Assembly (NCBI RefSeq): GCF_902713615.1
Contig: NW_024056036.1
Location: 124,001 to 188,000, forward strand
DNA length: 64,000 bases
DNA from: Scyliorhinus canicula
Lineage: Eukaryota
Reading direction: 5' to 3'
The translations under genes and the position numbers were made by a program. This document shows positions 1-9,621 of this stretch, in pieces (within the stretch, counting starts at the first letter, position 1; each line of letters begins with the position of its first letter). Below the pieces are notes generated by a model, which saw only the letters and a list, made by a program, of their open reading frames with translations, did not search any database and was not told where the DNA came from.

Positions 1-426
1 GAATAAGATAACCATTTCAAAGTGTCTCGGGCAATATAGATCGTGTGGCCTCATCCCTGACTCGAAGATTCTAGATTCTAGTCCGTCATGTCCTCCCGAT
101 CTATTTCTTCTCAGTGACTTGCACAGTGAGCAGGTGCAGGATGGTTACAGTCTAGTGAAGATTCAACCGTCGCTATTTCCGCTCCATCAGTTCCGAGTGC
201 AACTGAGAGTCACCGCACACTTCCCTCAATATTCAGACGGCGATATCCCCGCCCACAGCTTCCGGTTGCTGCTCTCACTCTGACCCAATTGTGTTACTGG
301 AGAGATTGCTGCCGGTGGTTCATTCCTCTCATTGGTCGGGTCAGCAGTGCAGTATGACGAGGATCTGTATTTCTGTCTCTGACAGAGGATTGATCTCATT
401 GTAGAGTTACAAACTCAAGAAGGATC

Positions 427-971
427 ATGAGGAACCATCTCGCTTCGCTCATCATCGTTATCTCACTTCTCAGTAAGCATTTCCTTCCCAGTAACACTTC
501 ATTCTCTTCCTGACTGCTGTAACACAGATTTTATTGTTGGTAAAATGACAGTTATTATTTTGCTGATGATAGTATTGCTGAATGCGATGCTAGCTCTGAT
601 TGTCATTATTGTTGTTATTTCTGTTAGAATGGAGCCACCAGGACACCGTGGAACAAAAGGAACCAGAAATAACAGTTACAGAGGAAAATGAAGTTACATT
701 AACCTGCACCTTGAAAACAAGCGCTTCTAGCCTTTATGTGTACTGGTACAGTCAGCAGCCCGGGAAAGCTCCAATGTACATGTTTCTTCTTATTGGACAG
801 GCTGTGCAAAGAAACACCGACCTCAATGATCGGTTTTCTTCTACGTTTGATAAAAAGAACAAGACTACCGAGCTAACGATCAGTAACACAATGATCTCCG
901 ACAGCGCCGTGTATTTCTGTTGCATGCAGCCCACACTGCTACAGAGATATGGTGGGTCCCGTACAAAAACT
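427..971 (+). CDS. TRAV/TRDV: TCR alpha/delta V gene, intact (leader 427-472, V exon 628-931, RSS 932-971)
   Basis: Leader MRNHLASLIIVISLL, phase-1 GT..AG intron, V exon ...VTLTC..WYSQQPG..DSAVYFCCMQP; RSS CACACTG-24nt-ACAAAAACT. Confidence 0.9.
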
Positions 972-1351
972 CCACACTGGCAGTTCCAGCTGCTGCTCCC
1001 TCATCGGCAGTTCAGTTTCCACAGTGAGTGACAAACATTGTAACAAAACATCGCACAAAAAGCAAGAGGTGAGGTCCAGTTGCACAGTTAAACCAGTTTA
1101 CGATTGCAACTTGCATTCATAACAGATGTAAGATTGACGAATCGATCTGTGATTCCAAAACTCCTGCTTCTTGTTCATATACTGGTGTACAGACTCACTC
1201 ACTCACTAAACTATCAGGTCTCACTGAACTATAACAAATGCAACAATTTAAATTCATATTGCGCTTTTCACGTCATTACATGTCCAAAGGAGTTTCAGAG
1301 GAGCATTCAGGTCATGTAATCAAAAACCTGCTCAAAGAGTTCGGTTATTTA

Positions 1352-1525
1352 GGGCGGCACAGTGGCTAGCACTGCAACCTCACAGCGCCAGGGACCCGGA
1401 TTCTACTCTGGCCTTGGACGAGCTCGTGGCGTTTGCACGTTGTCCCCGGGTCTGTGATGGTTTCCTCCGAGTGCCGCGGTTTCCTCCTACAACCAAAACA
1501 TATGCAGAATAGGTGGATTAGATAG
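1352..1525 (+). mobile_element. HE1-like tRNA-derived SINE (degenerate)
   Basis: GGGCGGCACAGTGGCTAGCACTGC head, GGTTTCCTCC central domain typical of elasmobranch HE1/V-SINEs. Confidence 0.65.
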
Positions 1526-1529
1526 ATTT

Positions 1530-1980
1530 AATAAACCTCAAAAAGGTCCTTCTTCAGCCTTCTCTGCTCTGAGGAAAACAACCCTAAGCTAATCAGCCTG
1601 TCTTCATAGCCGAAACACTCCATCCCCGGCAACATCCTGGGGAATCTCCACTGCATCCTCTTTCGTGCAATCAAACCCTTCGGTAGTGTGGCGACCAGAA
1701 CTGCACACAGGGATCCAGCCGTTGCCTAACCAGTGTTTCTGCAGCTTCATCATAACCTCCCTGCTCTTATGTTCAACGGAAAATAAACGCAACTATTTCA
1801 TAACCACCGTATTTTCCTGTCCTGCTGCTTTCAGGGGTCCATGGATACGCACCCGAGGTCCCTCTGGTTACTGTAATTACCGAGCGGCCTATATTTCATT
1901 ATATATTCCGTTGCCTTTCTAGCCCTCCCAAATTGCATCACCTCACAATTTTCAGAGTCAATTTGCCACTGTTTTAAGGT
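1530..1980 (-). mobile_element. Degenerate CR1 LINE 3' fragment
   Basis: Similar to reverse complement of CR1 ORF2 C-terminal region; no intact ORF. Confidence 0.5.
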
Positions 1981-2199
1981 TTTCCGCCTCACTATTTACC
2001 ACATCAACAATTTTCTCGGAATCTGCGAATTTACTGATTATACCTTTACCAGCGTCCTTGGGTTACACGGAATGTGGAGCTGAGGCCATGGTCACCTTAG
2101 TCATCATGTCACTGAATTGTGGAGTAGACTCGAGTGGCCGATTGACCAACTCCCTGCTCCCAAGTCGGATGCTCAAATGGCAATGAAAATGCCCTGCAT

Positions 2200-2430
2200 T
2201 TTCCCGAGTCAGTGTTTGTTACTGAGGGAGACACAGAATCGTTGAGCTGAGCCCCCACACCAGCAGGCCGTATCCTTCAATGGTGCGGCGATCCCAATGC
2301 CTCAGCCAGCTCACGGTACTTGTTGTCCCAACATTATCACATCTTGCTTTATTGCAGCAGAGAAATGCATTCCTCTGATTGCCAGCGACACGCCAGTGAA
2401 AGACAAGGCCAGTAAAATTGGGCAGCCAGT
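2200..2430 (+). pseudogene. Decayed V-exon relic (same family as V at 50801)
   Basis: PESVFVTEGDT.SLS..GRILQW and FIAAEK.. align with PESMVVPEGDIASLAC..GNILQW and FISAEKH of the 50801 V. Confidence 0.6.
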
Positions 2431-2619
2431 ACCTGGACATAAATATGTACGCGGAAATACTGGAAGTTTGTCACTCGCGGGATTATTATAGCGCCAGGAA
2501 TGTTATAGCACTCCGAATCCGAGATACACAGAACCACCAATTCAGATGAAGCCTTCCGGTCAATCGAGTCTGCACCAACATGTGAAAAATACAGGACTAA
2601 CTACAGGACCTCATTTGTC

Positions 2620-3090
2620 AGCACGTGTTCCATAGCCTTGAATGTGAAGACGTGTAATGTGCTCATCCAGGTACTATTTAATGGATGTTAAGCACACTGC
2701 CTCTACCACCCTCCCACGTAGTTTACTCCAGATAGTCACCATCCTTTGAATAAATAAGATTTTCCTCAAATCCCCTATAACCTCCTGCCCCTAACCTTGA
2801 ATTTGTGTCCCCTCGCAACTGACACTTCAACTAAGGGGAACAGCTGCTCCCTATCCACCCTGCCATGACCCTCATAATCTTGTACACAAAAGACTATGCA
2901 ACTTCTCTTCATAACATAAATGTTCCATCCCAGGCAACATCGTGGCGAATCTCCTCTGCACCCCCTCCAGTGCAATCGCATCCTCCTATAATGTGGCGTC
3001 CAGAACTGTACAGTACTCCAGCTGCGGTCTCACGACAGTTCTGTACAACTCCAACATGATCTCCCTGTTTTTATAATCCATGCCTCTATT
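2620..3090 (-). mobile_element. Degenerate CR1 LINE 3' fragment
   Basis: Minus-strand ORF ..LFPLVEVSVARGHKFKVRGRR matches the CR1 ORF2 C-terminus (cf. LFPLAGETRTRGHSLRIKG in 9660 ORF). Confidence 0.7.
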
Positions 3091-3107
3091 GTCCCTGCAA
3101 GCACAGG

Positions 3108-3235
3108 AGTGGTACAGTGGTTAGCACTGCTGCCTCACAGAGCCAGGGACCCGGGTTCACTTCCGGCCGTGAGTGTGCAGTTTGCACTTTCTCTCCATGT
3201 CTGCGAGGGTTTCCTCCGGCTGCTCAAGTTTTTTA
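3108..3235 (+). mobile_element. HE1-like SINE fragment
   Basis: GTGGTACAGTGGTTAGCACTGCTGCCTCACAG..GGGTTCA tRNA-like head. Confidence 0.6.
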
Positions 3236-3689
3236 AAGACCTTATCAGAGTTACAAAGCTAGAGCTCAGAGTGTGGACAGGGGCAAACCCCTAATGCAGC
3301 TCCATGCCTGCTCCAAAAACTAATTCAAATTGAATCCAATTCATGGCCCCCAGAAGAGAGACATACGAGATCCATGCATTCCACCTGACCTCACGCTCAT
3401 CTTAGCAAAAAGGCGAGAAGCGATTTTCTCCCACAGTTCAAAGATGTGTAGGAAATCTGGATTGACCTTGCTAAATTGGCCCTTAGCGCCCCTTCGTCTC
3501 AATTGGGCGAAGTCTGTCCCTGATCTGCGTGGGAATCGAACAGAAGACATGTCGTGTCAACAGAAACTTCAGGGATTTTCGATCGACAACTTGATTTCTA
3601 TTAAAGTCTAAACCTGGCACCATGTGCTTCCCATGTCCCAACTGATAGTAATTCTCATGTTGCTCGGCGGTTATTGTACATAATAATAA

Positions 3690-3992
3690 TCTTTATTAGT
3701 ATCACAATTTGGCTTACATTAAGACAGCAATGAAGTTACGGTGGAAGTCCCCTCGTCACCACATTCCGACGCCTGTTCGGGTACACAGAGGGTAGTCAGA
3801 ATGTCCAAATTACCTAACAGCATGTCTTTTTGCGACATGTGGGAGGAAACCGGAACACCCTGAGGAAACCCACGCAGACGCTGAGCGAATGTGCTGACTC
3901 CACACAGACAGTGACTCAAGCCGGGAATCGAACCCGGGTTCCTGGAGCTGTGAGGCAGCAATGCAAACCACTGAGCCACAGTGCCGCCCATT
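3690..3992 (-). mobile_element. HE1-like SINE, near full length
   Basis: Minus strand GGGCGGCACTGTGGCTCAGTGG..GGTTCGATTCCCGG head, central domain, AATAAAGATTATTATTAT tail. Confidence 0.75.
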
Positions 3993-4448
3993 AAGTACCT
4001 TGTATATTTAGTACCGCAGCAGACATTGATCCATTCTGCATTTCGTTACAGGAGCGGGTAACGAGAAGTATTTGTCCTTGGACTCATCTGCGAGAGCAGG
4101 CCATGATTTTCGTCCATCTTAACTCCTCATTTGAGTGCCTCCCTCTGCTGGTAGGTAGATATTCGGTTTTAAAGATACAATAAAATGTGCGGTATAATAG
4201 ACAATAATAAGATGATAAGGCCATTAGACACAGGACAAGAATTAGGCCACTTGGCTCATCGAGTGCGCTTCGCCATTCAATCATGGCTGATATTTTCAGC
4301 CAAAGCTCTCATGATTTCCCAAACTATTCGTCTGTCGATTTGCACAAGCACAGAGATATGTCCGGTAAATAGACATGATTGCTTGCCTGAGCCTGGGATC
4401 AATTCCTTCTCGGAAAGGAACCTCAGTGATGCTGTAAACACTCACTCA

Positions 4449-5199
4449 GGGTTGTGTACGGGGCTTTAGGTTTTCCCTAACGCTGTTCCTCAGTGAGCAG
4501 TAATAGACCTCCCCATCCTCCACATCGAATGCGCTTATAATGAGGTAACCGTTCTGTTTAGATTTGTCAGCAACCGCCAGATATCGTCCTGAACCCACAT
4601 CTTTCTTCATTACTAAGGTGTTGGTGATAATCCATCTCGGTGGCTGTGCCGGTTTCTCCTGAAATCATTGCATTTTGTACATATTGGGGCCTTTATATTG
4701 GCAATTTAACTTCACCGAACCCCCTTCTGGGACTGTTATTGTCATTGGTGACTGAGCTACTGGATTGAACATTGCCGGCCTGCGAAAGTGAAGGACTGAA
4801 ATGAACAGATTGTTGTTCCTTTATAAATGTAGAGTTTTTTCAATTAAGAGGTGCTTTTTAGCGTGGCTAGTCCACTTAGCCTGTACATCTAGGTTGTGGG
4901 AGTGAGAATGTTCAAACACCACACGGACAATGATCTGGGACCGGGATCGAACCCGTGTCCTCAGTGCAGTGAGGCAGCAGTGCCAACCATTGCGCCACCG
5001 TGCCGCCCTAAGTTTAAACAGAGTTGATACAAATTTGCTTGTATCTGCGGCATTTTCTGGGACCTCTGATGCAGGCACTTCATAGACATTCCCGATCGTT
5101 AATTATACTCTAGCCTATGTGTATTAATATGCTAATCTGGTTTAACTAACACTATAACTACTTACTGTGCCAAAGCGCCGCTAGTATTATCACTAACAT
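4449..5199 (-). pseudogene. TCR V pseudogene (leader 5199-5166, V exon 4779-4488, RSS 4487-4449)
   Basis: Leader MLVIILAALWH; TGA at conserved Trp (MQ*FQEKP); YYCSLR; RSS AACAGCG-23-ACACAACCC (CAC lost); SINE in intron about 4850-5010. Confidence 0.85.
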
Positions 5200-5295
5200 G
5201 TCTGACTGAATCTCTCCCAGTGAACTGGACTGGACTGAGTCAGGGATTGTGTAGGAGAGAGAGAACTTAGTGCAGTGCAGGGAGAGGGTCTATTG

Positions 5296-5305
5296 TGACA
5301 TCACT
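5296..5305 (-). promoter_or_regulatory. CRE-like TCR V-promoter decamer AGTGATGTCA
   Basis: Exact decamer about 97 bp upstream of leader ATG 5199. Confidence 0.7.
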
Positions 5306-5371
5306 CGCCTCCCATCCTATCGGCTTGGCCGACACCATCAGGTGAGTTTCTGACGCCCGTGCTTGAATTTG

Positions 5372-5385
5372 GCGCCCTCTGCTGC
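5372..5385 (-). promoter_or_regulatory. Putative CTCF-binding element (promoter type)
   Basis: GCAGCAGAGGGCGC, 13/14 to CCASYAGRKGGCRS, about 175 bp upstream of ATG. Confidence 0.65.
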
Positions 5386-5872
5386 CGGATTCGGTTTACT
5401 CCGTGTTAGAATTCGGCTGTTGAGTGGATTCAGTGTTGACTGCAATGCATATCAGGACGGGAAACCTAGACAGAAATCTAAATTGCAGCTGTTTATACAC
5501 TATCTTTGTCACTATACGTGTTTCTAATCAAAAAACGATGCTTAATCTGTGCAAATCATCCCTGGAGTTCTCGGTTCACACCTTAGGACGAATTCGAAAG
5601 AATGCCAAGACTTTGGTGGACATGCGGAGGTTAGAACTCAGAATAATAGCAGGGCTCAACAGACTAGTTTTCTTTATTTTGGTTCTGACGAAGAAGGTAC
5701 AAAAGGGGAACTGCTCTTAACATCGCTTTTTTCAGAGACCAAATTGTCTGGAATTATTTTCATTAGCTGAAGGTTAAATGTCCTATGAAGAAAATAGGTG
5801 GATGATATTTCATGTTGCAAGTGTTGGCGAGACAATCAAACGTTACAGAGGACTATGAATAGATCAGCACCG

Positions 5873-5944
5873 AGGCACGGGCGGGATTCGAACCCGCGAT
5901 TTTTGGTTTACGAAACCAACGCCTTTCCTCTTGGCCACCGCACC
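5873..5944 (-). tRNA. tRNA-Thr(CGT)
   Basis: GGTGCGGTGGCCAAGAGGAAAGGCGTTGGTTTCGTAAACCAAAAATCGCGGGTTCGAATCCCGCCCGTGCCT, 72 nt cloverleaf similar to vertebrate Thr-CGT with several substitutions. Confidence 0.8.
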
Positions 5945-6026
5945 TTATACAAGTAAATGATGTTGATTGCACTGTGAGTTGTTATCATTTGGAGTCTGGC
6001 GCAACAATTGATGAAAGAAGAAGAAT

Positions 6027-6495
6027 TTGCGACGGTATGCAAATTGAAGTGGGTCAAGGTGTTCCAGGAGTATGGAGGTGATGCGCTTCATGATCAGCCT
6101 CTCGAAGCACTTCATTACAACTGACGTCAGGGCCGCCGGAGGGTAGTCATTGAGGCATGTTGCCTCGTTCTTCTTTTGTACCGGTATGATGGTGGTCTTC
6201 TTGAAGCAGGTGGGGACCTCGGTGTGGAGTAGGGATAGGTTAAAGATGTCTGTGAATACATCTGCCAGCTGGTGTGCGCAGGCTCTGAGTGCACGACCAG
6301 AGATCCCGTCTGGGCCAGTCGCCTTCCGTGGGTTCACTTTTAGGAAGGCCGATCTGACTTTGGAAGCTGTGATGGTGGGTATGGGTGAATTAAGGGCTGC
6401 TGGGGCACTCGACAGCGGATTGTTGGTTACCTGTTCAAACCGAGCATAGAATGTATTAAGTTCATCGGGAAGGGATGCGCTGCTGCCAGAGATAC
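6027..6495 (-). mobile_element. Rex1/Babar-type LINE RT fragment
   Basis: [54 protein letters not shown]. Confidence 0.8.
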
Positions 6496-6666
6496 AGTAA
6501 GAAGTCTTCCAACACCAGGTTAAAGTCCAACAGGTTTGTTTCAAACACGAGCTTTCGGAGCGCAGCTCCTTCCTCAGGTGAATCACAAAACAGAATCATT
6601 TAACCGGATGTTGTAAGACTTCTTACTGTGCTCACCCCATTCCAACGCCGGCATCTCCACATCATG
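6496..6666 (-). mobile_element. 171-bp Penelope-type mini-element with hammerhead ribozyme (core 6546-6582)
   Basis: 11-bp TSD GCCAGAGATAC (6485-6495, 6667-6677); minus strand TTCAC-CTGAGGA-A-GGAGC-TGC-GCTCC-GAAA-GCTC-GTG. Confidence 0.75.
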
Positions 6667-6927
6667 GCCAGAGATACTGCTCGACCCGGCCAGGTTATGT
6701 AGATCTTTGGGCTTTTTTTTCTGAGGGATTCTTCTCCAGAGACCGCTGAGATAGGCCCATTGAAGATTTTAAGACAGATGTGGTTGGATTCTCAACTGAA
6801 AAGGTTATCGGGGTAGGTGTAATGTGAATCTGAGGTCATGTTCGCATCTGTCACGAACTTATTGAATGTTGGAGAAGGTTCAAGGGGATGAATAGCCAAC
6901 TCCTGCTCAACATTCGTCTGTTAGCAG

Positions 6928-7075
6928 ATCCGTGAGGAGGTGTCACAATCTCCTGAGTCGGTGTTTGTTATCGAGGGAGACACGGCATCGTTGAGCTATT
7001 CCCCAGCTCAGCGCCATGAAGGATATTGCAGCGACAGAGGCAACTCCATGCCGCAGCCGGTGCACGGTACGTGTC
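6928..7075 (+). pseudogene. V-exon 5' relic
   Basis: TTAGCAG acceptor then EEVSQSPESVFVIEGDTASLSY, homologous to FR1 of the 50801 V. Confidence 0.6.
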
Positions 7076-7289
7076 ATCAGAAGAGGAAAATCGCTTATTG
7101 TCACGAGTCGGCTTCAAATGAAGTTACTCTGAAAATCCCCTAGTCGTCACATTCCGGCGCCTGTTCGGGGAGGCTGTTACGGGAATCGAACCGTGCTGCG
7201 GGCCTGCCATGGTCTGCTTTCAAAGCCATCGATTTAGCCCTGTCCTAAACACCCCTAAAAATATATAATCCAGTAGTGGAACAACAATT

Positions 7290-7318
7290 CGTCTCTGGGT
7301 GGGATCGAACCACAAACT

Positions 7319-7358
<40 letters not shown>

Positions 7359-7366
7359 TCGGCGAC
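7290..7366 (-). tRNA. tRNA-Asn(GTT) pseudogene-like copy
   Basis: Asn-GTT body GTGGCGCAATCGGTTAGCGCGTTCGGCTGTTAACCG; acceptor stem disrupted by 3-nt insertion. Confidence 0.75.
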
Positions 7367-8000
7367 AACATGATCACAACTCTGTGCATTTCAACAGTAA
7401 CGGCCAATCCTCTGATTGCCAGGGACCGAATGAGAATGCTGGTAATATTGGTCCCCTGAGGCAGTGCGGAAAATATCTGGAAGGAGCGTACACATGGTCC
7501 CGCGGGCATGGACATTTGTGAGACGTGGAATCACCACAGGCCCGTGGATTTTACAGAACTCACTTGGACAGCACCACACTTTATTTGAAACACGTCCCTT
7601 ATCCGGGAACCTCCATAACAGAAAGCAGGAAGTGCCAACATAGATTTGATGTATTTTCGATCAGAAAGTCGATGTTCCGCTGAAGACTGCTGGGGGCTCA
7701 GACTCATTAGCATAAGGTCGACCTAAGTTAACGGTCCTGGAAGATTTAATATCCCCACATCTGAGAACTTTCATTACTGCTGCTCGGAAGTGGATATTCC
7801 AAGCTTAAATTTACTGTGCATCGCGACATGCTGATTAATCTCACGAATTTGAAACGGCTCCTCTATTGACCAATACAAGGACAGAGACGGCAATGCAATT
7901 GTGGAGAAATAGACCTGAATATTTTTCTGAATCCAGATCAAACCATCCTCCGGTACAAGGGCAGGAACGCAAATTTACTGGAATTGAAAATACTCTCTGA

Positions 8001-8271
8001 GGCTTTCGTGCGTGGTTGTACCTGCTTTGTGACACTGTGCTCATTGCACAGTAATAGTCATCCACACTGAGCGCGTTTATATTGAGATAACCATTCTTTT
8101 TAGACTTGTTGGCAGCCGCCAGGTATCGTCCTGAGATCTCCTCTTTCTTCATCGTCAATATGTTAATGATGACCAATCTCGGCGGCTGTGCCGGCTTTTG
8201 CTGATACCATAGCATGTGGTACATCGTCCGGTCTGTATATTCGCAATCTAACTTCACTGAACCCCCTTCTG
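8001..8271 (-). pseudogene. 5'-truncated (leaderless) V segment with canonical RSS
   Basis: LDCEYTDRTMYHMLWYQQKP..YYCAMS; 9-nt in-frame deletion before YYC; RSS CACAGTG-23-ACGAAAGCC (8039-8001); V homology stops at 8271. Confidence 0.85.
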
Positions 8272-8442
8272 ATTTCTAACCTGTCCCGGTTTTTATGAAA
8301 GGTGACGGTGAAAGACGAATTTTGCTGTCCTGTCGACAAATGCCGCCTGACTACCTGAGATGTTGCAGTACTTTTGGCGTTCTCCGCAGATATTAGATTG
8401 ATTTTCGATGGCAATGACAGTATGCTTTGGGTCTTTTCGCTG

Positions 8443-8519
8443 GGCTCGTTGGTTTAGGGGTATGTTCCTCGCTTTGGGTGTCTCGCTGTCAGAATTTGCG
8501 AGAGATCCCGGACGAGCCC
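8443..8519 (+). pseudogene. Intron-containing tRNA-Pro(TGG) pseudogene, T-arm deleted
   Basis: Pro exon 1 + 18-nt intron TGTCTCGCTGTCAGAATT + exon 2 lacking 13 nt between TCCCGG repeats. Confidence 0.8.
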
Positions 8520-8734
8520 TTTGATAAGGTTTTCCATTGGTCAAGCCGCATGTTTTCTTCATTTCTTTGCGGCGCAGACGGCGGAATTCATTCACATTGG
8601 GTTTGCTTTGAGACGCTGAGCTCAAACTGCAGGGAACCAATACATTCCCGAGAAGCTTGTTAATGTGTGGGCATTCACATTTCTATTGACTAATTCTGGT
8701 GGACTCAGACAGCTCTTTGCCCCTTTCATTTTAT

Positions 8735-9290
8735 CAGTTCAACAACTTCAGACTGCGAACTCTCACTTCCCCCTCCAGCACATGTTTTTTCCATCAACTT
8801 ATCATTCCTTCCATTGATATGTTTTACCCTCAGCACTGCACATGCCACTGCCACAGCACTGCACCCCCAGCCCATACCATCCTACTTCAGCAATCTGCTC
8901 CCTGTTTGTAATTGTTCTCTGACGCACTGCTTACCTTTGTTCTGCCATTAACACATTCTGACCGCTTGATGCGCCATCGGCACCTTTCATAGCCTTGTTT
9001 AGCCTCATTTACATTCCCTTTTTCTTTCTGCCCGAGACATTTTCGTCATTTCCCACCTATTGCTAGCCCTCTATCGAGGCCCAATACAGCACTCCCCCCC
9101 CCCCCCCCCCCCCACACACAATCGCCTGAATCTCCAGTTCCAGTTCTCCACCTTTGACAAAGAGTCCACTTGACTGGAAACGACAGCTGCCATTTCGCTC
9201 CCCAGAGGCTATCAGACCTGCTGAGATTGTCCAGTATTTTCTGTTTTTGTTTCCATTTGAAGCATCCGCAGTGAGTTGCATTTGTCATAC
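8735..9290 (+). mobile_element. Penelope-like element 3' remnant
   Basis: QFNNFRL-type ORF end, then terminal region with decayed hammerhead-like TTTGACAAAGAGTC..GACTGGAAACG; part of the duplicated unit. Confidence 0.55.
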
Positions 9291-9621
9291 ATTTAGACAT
9301 GTCTGAGATGGTGATTAAATATGTTCATTTGTAAATCGCTGAAATTCTGTTGTGGATGAACTAGCTGCTAATACCCGAGCTGTGTCAAGATATGAAAATT
9401 CTTCACCTTTGAGAAGCTGAGCTCACACTGCAGGGAACCAAGGCGTTCCCGAGAAAATCGAAACATTTTCGATCAGCTTGTCTATGTGTGGACATTCACT
9501 TATATCTACTCACTAACTCTGGTAGATTCAGGTAGCTCCCTGTCAGTTTCATTTTATCAGTTCAACAACTTCAGACTGTGAACTTTCTCTGCCCCCTTCA
9601 CACTTGTTTATTTCCATCAAC

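Noticed and set aside
6037-6044. Ig octamer ATGCAAAT suggesting IgH-type V genes
   Set aside because: It lies inside Rex1 RT coding sequence (QFAY), not upstream of any leader; V promoters here carry CRE-like decamers instead
9150-9190. Hammerhead in the older Penelope remnants (also 19720, 42160, 63030, 34120)
   Set aside because: Core is mutated (TTTGACAA instead of CTGANGA), so not called as ribozymes
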